Shown here: in pieces, positions 23,472 to 34,966 of the stretch
How the letters are laid out: each line of letters starts with the position of its first letter
Position numbering within the stretch: position 1 is the stretch's first letter
From: Toensbergia leucococca
Lineage: Eukaryota
Direction: 5' to 3'
Assembly: GCA_022813965.1 (NCBI GenBank)
Contig: JALDZS010000029.1
Location: 62,001 to 126,000, forward strand
Length of the DNA stretch: 64,000 nt
Program-made: the position numbers and the translations under genes
The notes under the pieces: model-generated
The model's database searches: none
What the model was told of the DNA's origin: nothing
The model's input: the letters and a program-made list of their open reading frames with translations, nothing else

Positions 23472-24483
23472 GTTGATCCTCGACGCTACTCATATACAAT
23501 GTCGTGTCTTCTAGGAATATGTGATTAGCAACGTCCTACTAGCAAGACAGGGTCGTGTGCTTTTCGTTGACATGACCACACCATCGGTCTCTACCTGATA
23601 CCCAAATTTAGTTGTCTTCGTCTGCCTTACTATTCGGCTCGCATAGCATGGAAGAAGCTTCCATGAATAGATTGTATGACTTCATGAGGACATAGACCTT
23701 ATCGGTCTTTCAATTGTTCCATATTGCATTTCTATTGTTGGAATTGGTGCTTCAGACTCAAGGCTCAGGCCCTCATTGCTGGGTTTCGTGGGTTGGACTT
23801 TTCAAGAATACTGGCCTAGACTATGGATGTCAGAGTGGAATACATGTCTTTGAAACTGGGAACTAACTATCAAGGACAGGTGATAAGGTCCGACAGCAAC
23901 ACAGGTAATTTAATTATTGAGGTGCGTGAGGATGATGAAGTACATTAGTGGCGGAGGTTTCCGTTAAAATGATACTCCGTATCCGTACACCTCAGTAAGG
24001 ATAAGGTCAGTCACGTGACTATGCAGATCGTCATAAACCAAACCAAGGCCACCAAAGGCTGACTTCCTGTTGCCCTAGGCACTTTACTCGTGTATTCGAT
24101 GTCTTATGGTCTTTGCTGCCCTGAGTTTGCTGCTCATTCATTGTCGGCAAGTCCAGGATATTTATGGGGTCTCTTTCTACATACGTAGTAAATCATCAGA
24201 TTGTGTCTTCATTGATGCGACCTCTGTTGCAGAGGCATTAAAGCACACGGAGGTAGACTTTTGCTTCCCTACAAAAAAATCGCCCCCATCACTACCAATA
24301 GACAATTGTCTATACAAGGTACAGCCATCGAGGAACTTTCCCGCAAAGTCCGAATAGTATGATACGAGCATGATACTACGACAAATATTTCCTGACAAAG
24401 TCATACTCAATCTTCGATGAACCTAATAAATATTATAACTCCCGACCTCTGCGCGGAAAAAGAGGTGGGCTAGCTGTCTGGTC

Positions 24484-27400
24484 ATGGCTTTTCGGCATCA
24501 AGGAGAATCGCCGAATAAGGCTGTACCAGGGCAGATGCTACTTGTCGTTCGTAAGTATTCCAAAGGATAACCAAGGTTCACGAATCGCAGGGGATAAGCT
24601 CCGCCGATTGTTGTCGCAATTTGAAGAGATTCACGATCGTTGAGGGCGCAATCAATGATTGAATAAGGGGTCATGCTAACCAGCTTTGGAATATTGTAGA
24701 TGACTTCGAAGCTCGGAGCCCGGATGAGCTGAGTCTTCTCAAGGGAGATAAGATTGAACTGATAGAGCGCGATGATGATTTTGGAGATGGCTGGTATCTC
24801 GGAAGACATACGAAGAATGGCAACACAGGCCTCTTCCCTGAAGGTTGGTCTCATCCGAGGAACGAATTTGTTCACAGATTTCTGATTTCACTTTCCAATG
24901 ATAGTGTATACTCGAGCCAACAACATCTTTCCCATTGCAACTTCCACGAGCCCGAGTCCAAGACCCTCGCTACACATGAATGATACTACTCAAACAATTC
25001 AGATATCAAAACGGGATGGACAAAGCCCTATACTTCCTATTTCTCCTCATGAAGCGGCCTCTCGGAACGAGGTCGCGAAAGAGCTGTATGGTCCCGGCAT
25101 CGTAACACCTCCACCTCTCAATACAACACCATCATCACAGAAGACTCTATCTAGTCCCATCTCTTCTTCTTCGTCTCAAGCTGGTGCGGCATCACTACCG
25201 GTATCACGAAGTATCGGTGTGACACTAGGTAGCTATCGTAATAATGGAGAAGACAGCCCGGTTATGAATGAAACGCTAAGTGTAATCGATGAGCATATTA
25301 CAGATATGAATACGCCTCGATCAAGTCTTTTAGCAAACGATCGAGGAGCGGCCAACGACTCCGGAAGCGAATATAGTAGTCACATAGATCACCGTCTGTC
25401 GTACATAGCAGGTCATGAGACAGACGAAGAAGAGCGTAATGCGTATACGGCAGAGCAGGTCTTGAGGTGGAAACCTAATCAAGTAGCCAAGTGCCTGAAA
25501 GATATTGGAGTGGAGAGCCGGCATTGCGAAATATTCGAAGAACAGGAAATTTCAGGGGAAGTGCTTCTCTCCATGGACCAGGCCTCAATATTTATGAAAG
25601 AATTTGATTTGGGGCTTGTGGGACGAAGATTGCGAACATGGCATAAGATCAAAGCATTGCAAGAGGAAGTTCGAACTCCTAAGGTTTTGGAGAAAAAGGA
25701 CTTTGATTTCTTTGGCGATGATGGCTCATCGGAAGGAAGTAAATTGCCTCGAATTCCTGGCTTGAATGACCACTTTCGGTCAAGGCAGATGCAGTCCCAA
25801 CAAGAAAACTTAGCTGCACATCCATCGTTGTCACTGTCACCGTCACCATCACCATCACCCTCGCCACAGCTAACGCGACCAATCTTCAACGAAGCCTACT
25901 CAACACCAGTAACGTTCACCATCCACTCTGGACCTGGTAGCCCTCGCCGGCCTTCAGCTGCTTCCATCCGGGAGCTCAATCACTTTCGGCGTCATTCCGC
26001 AGTCGATGTTGGCTCGACACTGGTACCAGAAGATCCAACAGAGAGAACCGGACTGTCTTTACCCAGTAAAAGCCCAGTCTCACCCCATAAGAAACAACCC
26101 TCTCTCGATCGCAGTTGGACGATGGGCGTGTTGGGAAATACAAACAAGGAGAGACCGACGTCAGCCCTTGGCTTAAGCGGCCAGAACTTACCTCAGAGCA
26201 TCGATCGCAATACCTTCGACCCTAACCTCCTCAACGCGGACTATCACATCGATACGTTACAGGATCTGGATCGTGGATACTCTTCAGGTGGTGAAGTAGA
26301 AAACAAGAAAACGCGAAATGTTCTGAGAAAGCGAGACGCCTCAAGCGCAACTCATTCGAGACACAGTAGTTATCAAGAAGAACATCGTCGGACAAGTTTT
26401 ACAGTCCCGAAGCGTCATTCTCGCTTTGGAAGTATGGACTCGGTACGCGATACGGTGGCAGCCGTAACTTCTCCGGCGTCCAAGCTGTACTATGGCAACA
26501 GTTTTAAGGGCAGATTTCGTAACTCCAGCATCACGGAGAGTAACCTACAAGCAAAATCTCAAAAAGAACTTTCTACACCGACAGTCACGAAGCTCGAGTA
26601 CGACCGGATACCTAGTACGGGCAGTGGTAAATCATCACCAAAGCCTAACATCGAAGTAATCACCAATGGGCAAGGGTCTCCTCGCTTCTCAAAATACGCT
26701 GTAGGATCAACCATAAAGCCCCGCATGAGTCTCAGGGCAATATCAGATGCTGTGACAGGTAGCGAGAAGGCCTCACTCATGTCCCCGTCGTCAATGCCTT
26801 CTCCTGTAAAAGAGTCGCCCGTGTTATCGCCAACACGAACTGGTTCAACGACGCCTTCCGGAGCATCTAAGAGTTTTGAGTTTGAAAGCACAGACGCCTC
26901 GTCGAAAGGCACAAATGGTGCATCTGCTGGACTAACGCCAACAAGTGGTACAACGCGCCGGAAAGCAAAGAAGGAGACAAGCGCCTATACTCGTGGTCTG
27001 GAGAAAAAGTCGCCTCAAGAGCAAATGGTAGGCTGTGACTATAGCGGCTGGATGAAAAAGAAGTCGTCGAATCTCATGACAACGTGGAAGCCTCGACTCT
27101 TCGTTTTACGTGGCCGCCGCCTTTCATATTACTATTCAGATACGGATACCCAAGAAAAAGGACTTATAGACATATCTTTTCATCGCGTTCTTCCGGCTGA
27201 CAACGACCGTATTACTGGCATTCACGCTACTGTTACCGGGGCGAAGGCCTCTCCGATACCATCTTCAAGTGCTCTGACGCCCACCATAGCTTCTACAGAA
27301 GCAGCTGCTCAACCTGAATCCACATTGCAGAAATCTCGCCCAGATAATTTGTTCATTTTCAAGCTAGTTCCACCTCGGACTGGTCTTTCCCGCGCTGTGA

Positions 27401-27795
27401 ACTTTACCAAACCAACAATTCATTATTTTGCTGTTGAAAATATCATGCAAGGTCGTCTATGGATGGCAGCGCTTATGAAGGCAACCATCGATCGTGATGA
27501 AACAAAACCAATTACAACCACATTTCAACAAAAAACCATCAGTCTTGCGAAGGCGAGGGCATTGAGGCACCGACCGCCTGCGTTGATGGGGCTGACCGAG
27601 AAAGGCGAGGGGAATCATGAAGGTCCGAAGAGTGATAGCGCTGGACTGAATATTCAAGGATTAGGTTTCCAGGAAGATGGGACAATGGTAGAGCATAAGA
27701 AGGCAAACAGTTTGGAACTTGGATCACACTCAGCAACACCACCAATCTTTAAAGAGGTTGCAGATGAAGATACGAGGAGAAAAGGTCTTACTTAG
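24484..27795 (+). CDS. BOI1: SH3-SAM-PH polarity protein Boi1/Boi2/Pob1, 3 exons
   Basis: Spliced N-terminal SH3 (HDFEARSPDELSLLKGDKIELIERDDDFGDGWYLG...GLFPE); SAM domain (W..NQVAKCL...FEEQEISGEVLL); PH domain (YSGWMKKK...WKPRLFVLRGRRLSYY...GRLWMAALMKA). Confidence 0.92.
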
Positions 27796-28019
27796 GGTAC
27801 AATGATTGGATATGATTCACTGCGTAATTCTTTGTCTAAATGCAGACACATAGGCTATCATGAGGAGTTGGTGACGGCGGTGGTTATCGAGACACATGTT
27901 GTACATATCATCTTTCTTCTGTACATTTTTGTCGTCGGCAGGCCTGGATAAGTTGAAAGAACTTCGTAGCTAAAATAAGGTACCTCACCCTTACCTTATG
28001 TCAACTGAAGGTTCAACCT

Positions 28020-28094
28020 TACGAGTACTCGTACCTACCTGACTGGTCGTCGTCATATGAGCAGCCTGGCTCATCAGTACTACGAGTACTCGTA
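28020..28094. repeat. Two copies of the perfect 14-bp palindrome TACGAGTACTCGTA
   Basis: Exact copies at 28020-28033 and 28081-28094 in the BOI1/NAM8 intergenic region. Confidence 0.8.
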
Positions 28095-29836
28095 TCATTT
28101 CTGGAAATGTCCCGTGACCTATCTTTGCTGCGTTACATTTGGATACTGCAAAGAATGGATTAGCCGCGGGGCAGCCAAGTGTCGTACTCGAGGCTGGCAA
28201 CCAACTAACAGCTACGGTAGCCTTGACTATTTCTGTTGATGAGAGATCAGCACAAGCCTTGGGCCTGGATAGACTTTACTGGATCCAAGCCGAGCGACCA
28301 AAGTCAAAGCTACTGCATCTGGTTGAGGGGAAGAGCGATTTCTTTGTCATGAACAGGTTAGACTTGGAACGCAAGTATCCGAGGAAGCTGGCAACAGCAT
28401 GTTTGCTTGAGAAGGCAATCTCGGCGAGGCAAGGGGAAGGCAGAGTTTGGTGTGGCTGGAGAAGGGATTTGTGACAAGCATAGTATTTTGTGCGTCAGTC
28501 CTGGTAGCTATCGAGCTTCCGGTACAGCGAGGCATAAGAGCATGAGGCAAGGGTGCCACTCCGCGTACGAAGTACACGTATGTATTGTATGTTCAATAAA
28601 GAGGCATGCCATCAAGTGCTTTGCTGTAGAGTCCAGAGGCCTTGAGAATATACCAAGGGCAGACCTGTAGAGAGTACTCCGTAAGAGTCTCGTACCCGAA
28701 TTACTTGAGCTTGCTTGTGCGCTGGTGCGATAATCTAGAGGAAATAGACTTCTGCTTGGAATCATCGGCTCCGGGCCACCGTAGAATACATGTCCCTACT
28801 CGTACTCCACTTCACTTCTTGCATTTTATTCTCTTCTCCTTCACTCTCGAGCGACTTCAAAGTATTCTTCCTGTGAATTCCTTCGTGTCATTGCGTGTCG
28901 CGGGTGTTATTGATTTACAGCTATCGACTTGCAGCCTCTGCTTCATCTACATTGCGCCGTGTCTTGTCATCTATGGTGAGTCCGCTCCAAATCTTTTTTT
29001 GCTCTCCTCTGCCTTCCGTCAGCCAAGGCCAATCATTCCTAACGTCATCGACCCCAACCTTTCACGCTCAATTGACGGGGACTCACTCTGAAACTTAGAC
29101 TTGTCTTTCTACGATTGGCTGCCCATTTCACAGAAGCCGTGATAATTACACGTTTCTCTTTGGTGGCATGCGCATGTGGCATATATCGTGACTAACTCAC
29201 CATCACTTGATCGACGGCTTTTCGGTCATGCCTGTACTCTGTGTTGTTCGTCTTAGTCGCGACTTGCTGTTCTTTGTCTTTAGTGAATGCATAACTGACC
29301 AAGGGAAGTTAGATCTGAGTGAATCATTTCTCCCTTCAACACCAATGTCCTAGCCTAGACGGTCATAAGAGCATCAACATTCTTTAAAATAGCCTGTTGT
29401 GTCAAGACGTTTCCTCATACAGCCAATCCCAATTCTCTTGGAAAAAGATTTGCTTGAATCTCTCGGTCCGCGCCTGTTGGAGTTTAAATCTGGGTCTATA
29501 CCCTTAGAGTCAAGCGTATCTCAATAGCAATCGCGATTTGTCGAATCTTTCAGCGATATATCTTCACTCTTACCCGGTTGTCAGATTTCCGTGAGGGCGG
29601 AGTATTGAATATCGTGGTCTGGAGCACTTTTCTTGATAGCGAACGAGATCTCTTCGTACGTCTTCTATACCAGTGGCTGCATTGGAGTCATGTGCTCGAA
29701 CGAGACCGCCGCTCACACTAATATATATTCACATAGATCTGAGCCTCTAATTCATCTTCTGCCTCTTCCCTCCTTTCCTCACCAACATCATCTACTCGCC
29801 ATTCCCAAGACATCAAGATCGACGAAACATAACATC

Positions 29837-32126
29837 ATGAGTTTCCCAAATTACGATTCGTTCCAGAATCAACAAGGACAGCAAGATGCTGGAGGAGCTG
29901 GTCCTGGTGCTCCTCAGCAGCAGGACCCAACGATGGGTGGCCAGCTTCCTGATAACTCTCAGGCTGCTTCGTTCCAAGGTGGAAATGGTGGTGACCCAGG
30001 ATCTGCCGGTGGTCCACAACAAGGAGGTGATGCTAAAACAACTCTTTGGTGAGTTCACGCCCAAAATTTGCTGCTGCTGTTGTTGTTATTCGTTATTACT
30101 CCCGACCTAATCCTTCAGCTTCAAATTGGCTGCTGTATCAATCACCATTCGAGAAGCCAATCATTCCGAGCATTAGCTAAAAATAACCATAGGATGGGTG
30201 AGCTTGAGCCATGGATTGATGAGAACTTTGTTCGTAGTGTTTGGTATAATATGGGCGAGCAAGTCAATGTCAAGATGATCCGAGACAAATTCTCGGGGTA
30301 AGCCGGCTGCATTTGAATGTCAAATGGACTTCTCCCAATGCGTACTGATCTATAGTAGTAACGCTGGGTACTGTTTCGTTGACTTTACCAATGCAGCCGC
30401 TGCTGCTAAGGCTTTAACACTGAATGGGACCATTATCCCAAACTCTAATCGTCCTTTCAAGCTGAACTGGGCTTCTGGTGGTGGATTGGCTGATAGAAGG
30501 TATGATATTGACTAATTTGAGCCAAAAATCAATGTTCTTGCTGATTATCTCAAGCCGAGATGATCGAGGGCCAGAACATTCCATTTTTGTCGGTGACCTT
30601 GGGCCGGAAGTCAATGAGTTTGTCTTGGTATCATTGTTCCAGGCCCGATTCCCGTCATGCAAATCCGCGAAAATCATGACCGATCCGATTAGTGGTATGT
30701 CGCGTGGGTATGGTTTTGTCCGATTCTCGGATGAAGGTGACCAGCAGCGCGCGTTGTCAGAGATGCAGGGAGTTTACTGTGGAAATCGTCCCATGCGGAT
30801 TTCTACCGCAACTCCCAAGAATAAGGCAGGTGGAGGTGGACCTGGTGGGATGGGTATGCCAGGCGGTGGCCAAGGGCCAGTGCCCGGAATGTACTCTATG
30901 GGTAATCCTCCGGTTGGTTATTTCGGTGCTCCACAGCCGATGAATCAATTCACGGACCCAAATAATACCACCGTCTTCGTTGGGGGGCTCTCGGGCTATG
31001 TTACCGAAGACGAGCTTCGCTCGTTCTTTCAAGGGTTCGGTGAAATTACCTACGTTAAGATTCCTCCAGGAAAGGGGTGCGGCTTCGTTCAATTCGTCCA
31101 ACGTCACGCGGCGGAGATGGCCATCAACCAGATGCAAGGCTATCCTATTGGCAATTCCCGCGTCCGACTGAGTTGGGGACGTAGCCAGAACAATTCTGGT
31201 CCTGCTGGCACACCTTATCGACCCGCACCCCCACCGCCTGTGTATCCATCCATGGGAATGCCTCCTTCGCATCCCTACGGTAATTTCGCTCCAATGAAGG
31301 TCTGTGGTCCCTTGTCATGATGCCTGCCCACATAATGCGCGTTGCTGACACCGTCTCAGTAAGGATGTCCCTTCCCTCTCTCTTCCCTGAGCCGTATGAC
31401 GAGTATTGTGCTTCAAGCAGCGAGGAGACTATCTCCGATCGGCTTTTGCTTCTGGTATTGTCTCGACCTGAAGGCCCCTTCTCCACTTAGTATTCTTCTC
31501 CAAAGGATGTCCCTGTGGCGGTCTCCAAAAGTTGTTTCCTTTATATCTTCTTCAAGCTTTAGATTGATTGTACAGCATTGCGTCTTTCAGGACGACTTTA
31601 CGAGCCACGAAGTCTCCGACCTTCAATGTAGCTACTTCAACCTTTGTTGCACCCCAAAGTGTCCTGAATTTTAGCGTTTGCTTGAGCACTGTTGACTTGA
31701 CATGTAACGGAATATCTAGTCGGAATAAGGGTTCACAGTACAGTAGTGTCATGGCAAAAACCTCTTCTGATCTCTTATTCTCGTTGCTCTCCTTAGTATC
31801 ATTTCCTCGGTCCATGCATCTGGCGTTACTCGATTCAAAACACACACTACACTTATCTACAAAAGTTGAAGGAGTCAAAATCGAAGATAGCCGCTAATCA
31901 TAAATGTTCTCTTCTCAGTCCACATGCGGCACACATGCATCCACCACAAATGCCTGGTCAGGGCCCGCCGCAAGGGCCTCCGGGCGCGATGTCTCCTGGC
32001 GTACCAGGTCCAACGGAATCGATACCAGTGAATAGAATTAACGAAATGTACATGCAGCAGAGGCAAGGGGTCAACGATCGACTAGAGGCCGACGGAAGAG
32101 GCTACGACAGCGTCTTTTCCCAGTGA
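29837..32126 (+). CDS. NAM8: Triple-RRM RNA-binding protein of the Nam8/Ngr1/Csx1 family; short isoform ends at TAA 31362, long isoform at TGA 32126
   Basis: RRM1 TTLW|MGELEPWIDENF...NAGYCFVDF; RRM2 SIFVGDLGPEV...SRGYGFVRF; RRM3 DPNNTTVFVGGL...GKGCGFVQF. Distal exon 31919-32126 encodes ...PVNRINEMY...DRLEADGRGYDSVFSQ. Confidence 0.88.
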
Positions 32127-33023
32127 CCGAAACACTATCCGGATGAAGATCCGGAATCGTCGTTCCTGGTGAGGGAGTTTGAAATTTCTGCGAAAGCTGT
32201 ATGGGCCTGCATGGGAAGTACCCGTTATCCACCTCATTAGTTCGAGGGACCTCGAATGTTCGTGCTACAGTTCTTCACACCTAGCAGTTCTTTCGGAGCT
32301 GGATCGAATGTCGGATTGTTTTGCATTTGATGAACCGACGAGCGCATTTCGAGCGGGGCGAATGTATCCGATTGCGATTGCACTCAATCAAAGCTATCAT
32401 TGGAAGGGAAAAGGCACTGGTGGAGAAGTTTGATTATGCTGCATGTTGCTTTGGTGCGAAGCGTGTGGATGTACAATGAACTAGAAAGGCAAAAAGCAAA
32501 ATGCGAGGAAATTTCTTAGATCTTGACCCCTTTCGGAGGTCTTCATAGAATTGGAATCACGATATGTCCAAAGCCAGTGAGTGTAATACAGCAAGGCTTA
32601 CGCAAGTGAAGAACCTACGTGCTAGAACATCTTTCTTGTCTTTCAACGGTGGCAAAACCCTTCTTCTCTGTCTGCCTGGGGCTTTCTCTGAATATGCGGA
32701 GGTGATGTTGGGTATTTGATATCGAGACACGTCGAAGGTTGAAGGGAAACTGGGTGGTATCAAAAGCGTCCTGGTCGTCGCTAGGTGCGGTTCGTTCGCC
32801 TTTTAGGGCATTTCATCGCAGCTACCCTGACTGCACTGCTCAAGAAGGTGAGGTAGGCACGCTTCTTGCTTCTTTCAATGCTGCAAACTCAGCTGGCTGC
32901 TTCGTCCTGACGACATCTCAGATCCTTCCATCGCATCTACTTTCAGTTCTTTAATTAATACCACGACCTCGATTCCAGGGCATCCGCATTTCATCAAGCA
33001 TAAAGTAGCTTTATCGAGTCACC

Positions 33024-34966
33024 ATGAGGTACATCGATTGGGATGTTCTACTCTTTCCCGAGGGTTCCAAGATTCCGTTACAGGAGTACAAGACAGGCTG
33101 TTTTGTCACACAAGATCTAGGTAAGTTCCTGCCACATCCTACTTTCTTTGCGACAATTGACCTTCGTGCTATAGATCAGGGCCAGCTTCCAAACCCCATA
33201 GCTCCATCCTCTGCTTACACCATCGATCATGCTGCCATTCGTCAATTACCCGTCGTCGCCTGCTTTGTGCCAAACCTTCCGCATGAATGTCCTTTCCGTG
33301 TATCTCTGCATAGCTGGACCCCACCGTTTGCCAATCGAAACACGTATGATGTAGCACCTCACAATGACTCGGTATATTTCGAAGCTAGGGTCCTCCTTGA
33401 TGGTGTCTGCGTTGCGTATGTCCACGTCGCCCTGCGTCAAATGCTTGGATACTGCTGATGAGACGTTCCTCAGAGGCATCTTGTTCGACCAGCAAGCACC
33501 GTGGCCGAAAGTCATAGGTATGTAATATTGCATCAGATGCACTACTTTCCGTTTCTCTGACTCGTATACATTGTTTTAGACGCTTCTTCCAGTATTCCGT
33601 ATCTCAGGCCCAGTAGAAAGTGTACGAGTATGCTAAGTGCTGTTCTAGATCTTGATAAATCAGGAGACCCGGATAGCCTTAGGTTCCCTCCCTTCCACCA
33701 AGAAATGCTAACCCAGAATTGGTGGAGCGCCGCAGAGAATCTGGGACGGATCAAGGTAATTATTGCCGAAGGATTTGTCCAAAGTCATAGTGTATCTCCC
33801 TTCACAAGGACTAGGAATATTGTTTCCTTCTCTTTCCAGCATGCGCCTCTCGGTGAAATAGTTTTCATCCGCCCCACGGAGAAGTCCAGACTGACGGGAT
33901 TGCAGATGTCTTAGAGAGCTCCGGGATAGCCTGGCCAAATTCTGGCATGTGGTACCAAACCTCGCAGCCAGTATACAGTGTTTCTTCACCTCTTAAATCC
34001 GATGTAGCAGATTCCGATGCGCATGGTCATTCTCCTCGTCGTCGGAGCGGGTCAAGAGAAAGCAAGCATTCAAGCGCAGCTCCAGCAATGCCTCCACTTT
34101 ACCCGTATAGATGCATAGCGCCGCCATCAACGCTCAGTCGTGAACCTTGTCTTATGGATCCATATTGTTCATCTTTACCAATGCCTGATCCTTTTGTCGA
34201 TAGCGATAGATTTCAACTCTACAAAAAGTGGGCGCCGCGTACGGGATCTGAGGATCAACCAATGCCGGATTACTCACATTCTATTACACCAGCAAGTAGC
34301 CGTAACATATCCGATGAAATGGCCCAAGCCACGCAGCGTCTCAATCAATGCAAAGAATCGACTGGTACTTTCACTCCAGCCAACGCCCGGGTTAGTAGCG
34401 CGGCGAACACGCCGCCCATTCAACTGCGACCCTCGGCCGCGGCCGATGCTAGGGCTTCTAGCTACTCTCATATTCGCTCAGTCTCGGTGACTACGAGAGA
34501 CCCTCCACCGCCTGAAGTTCGCGCGAGCTCAGAGAGTAGCTTGAAGTTGCGTTGCCTGGAGGATCAGGCCGAAAGCAATGAACGCCTTGATACAAAGATT
34601 CAGAAGAAGCCTGCTGGCGATGTCAAGAGCAGAAAAGAAGGTAAGCTGGGAGAGATAGAGATGCCTCCGAAGAAACAAAAAAGGTCGTCGATAGCATCGA
34701 CCAAGTCTTTTGAGAAGGAAAACATAAAAGGGAGTGAGGATAGGCCCATTGCGATTAGTAGTGACAGCAAGAGAAAGAGAGCGAACTCGAGTACAGCGGC
34801 AAAGTCGTTGATTCTTCAGGAAGCAGGAGGGAAAAGATCGTCTCCCAGTAGGAAAGTGTCTAAAACGGAAAGAGAAGAATCCAGCTCTCGGTGCATGTTA
34901 GACGATCTCACAGAGCAGGGCGTGACGGTACGGCCACCACTTGGTCCACTGGATAATGTGCAGTAG
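33024..34966 (+). CDS. Conserved Pezizomycotina hypothetical protein (MRYIDWDVLLFP...), 6 exons including a 12-nt microexon
   Basis: The spliced frame is continuous through PFRVSLHSW, LRFPPFHQEML, GRIKVIIAEG and FSFQHAPL|DVLESSGIAWPN, followed by a low-complexity tail. Confidence 0.75.
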
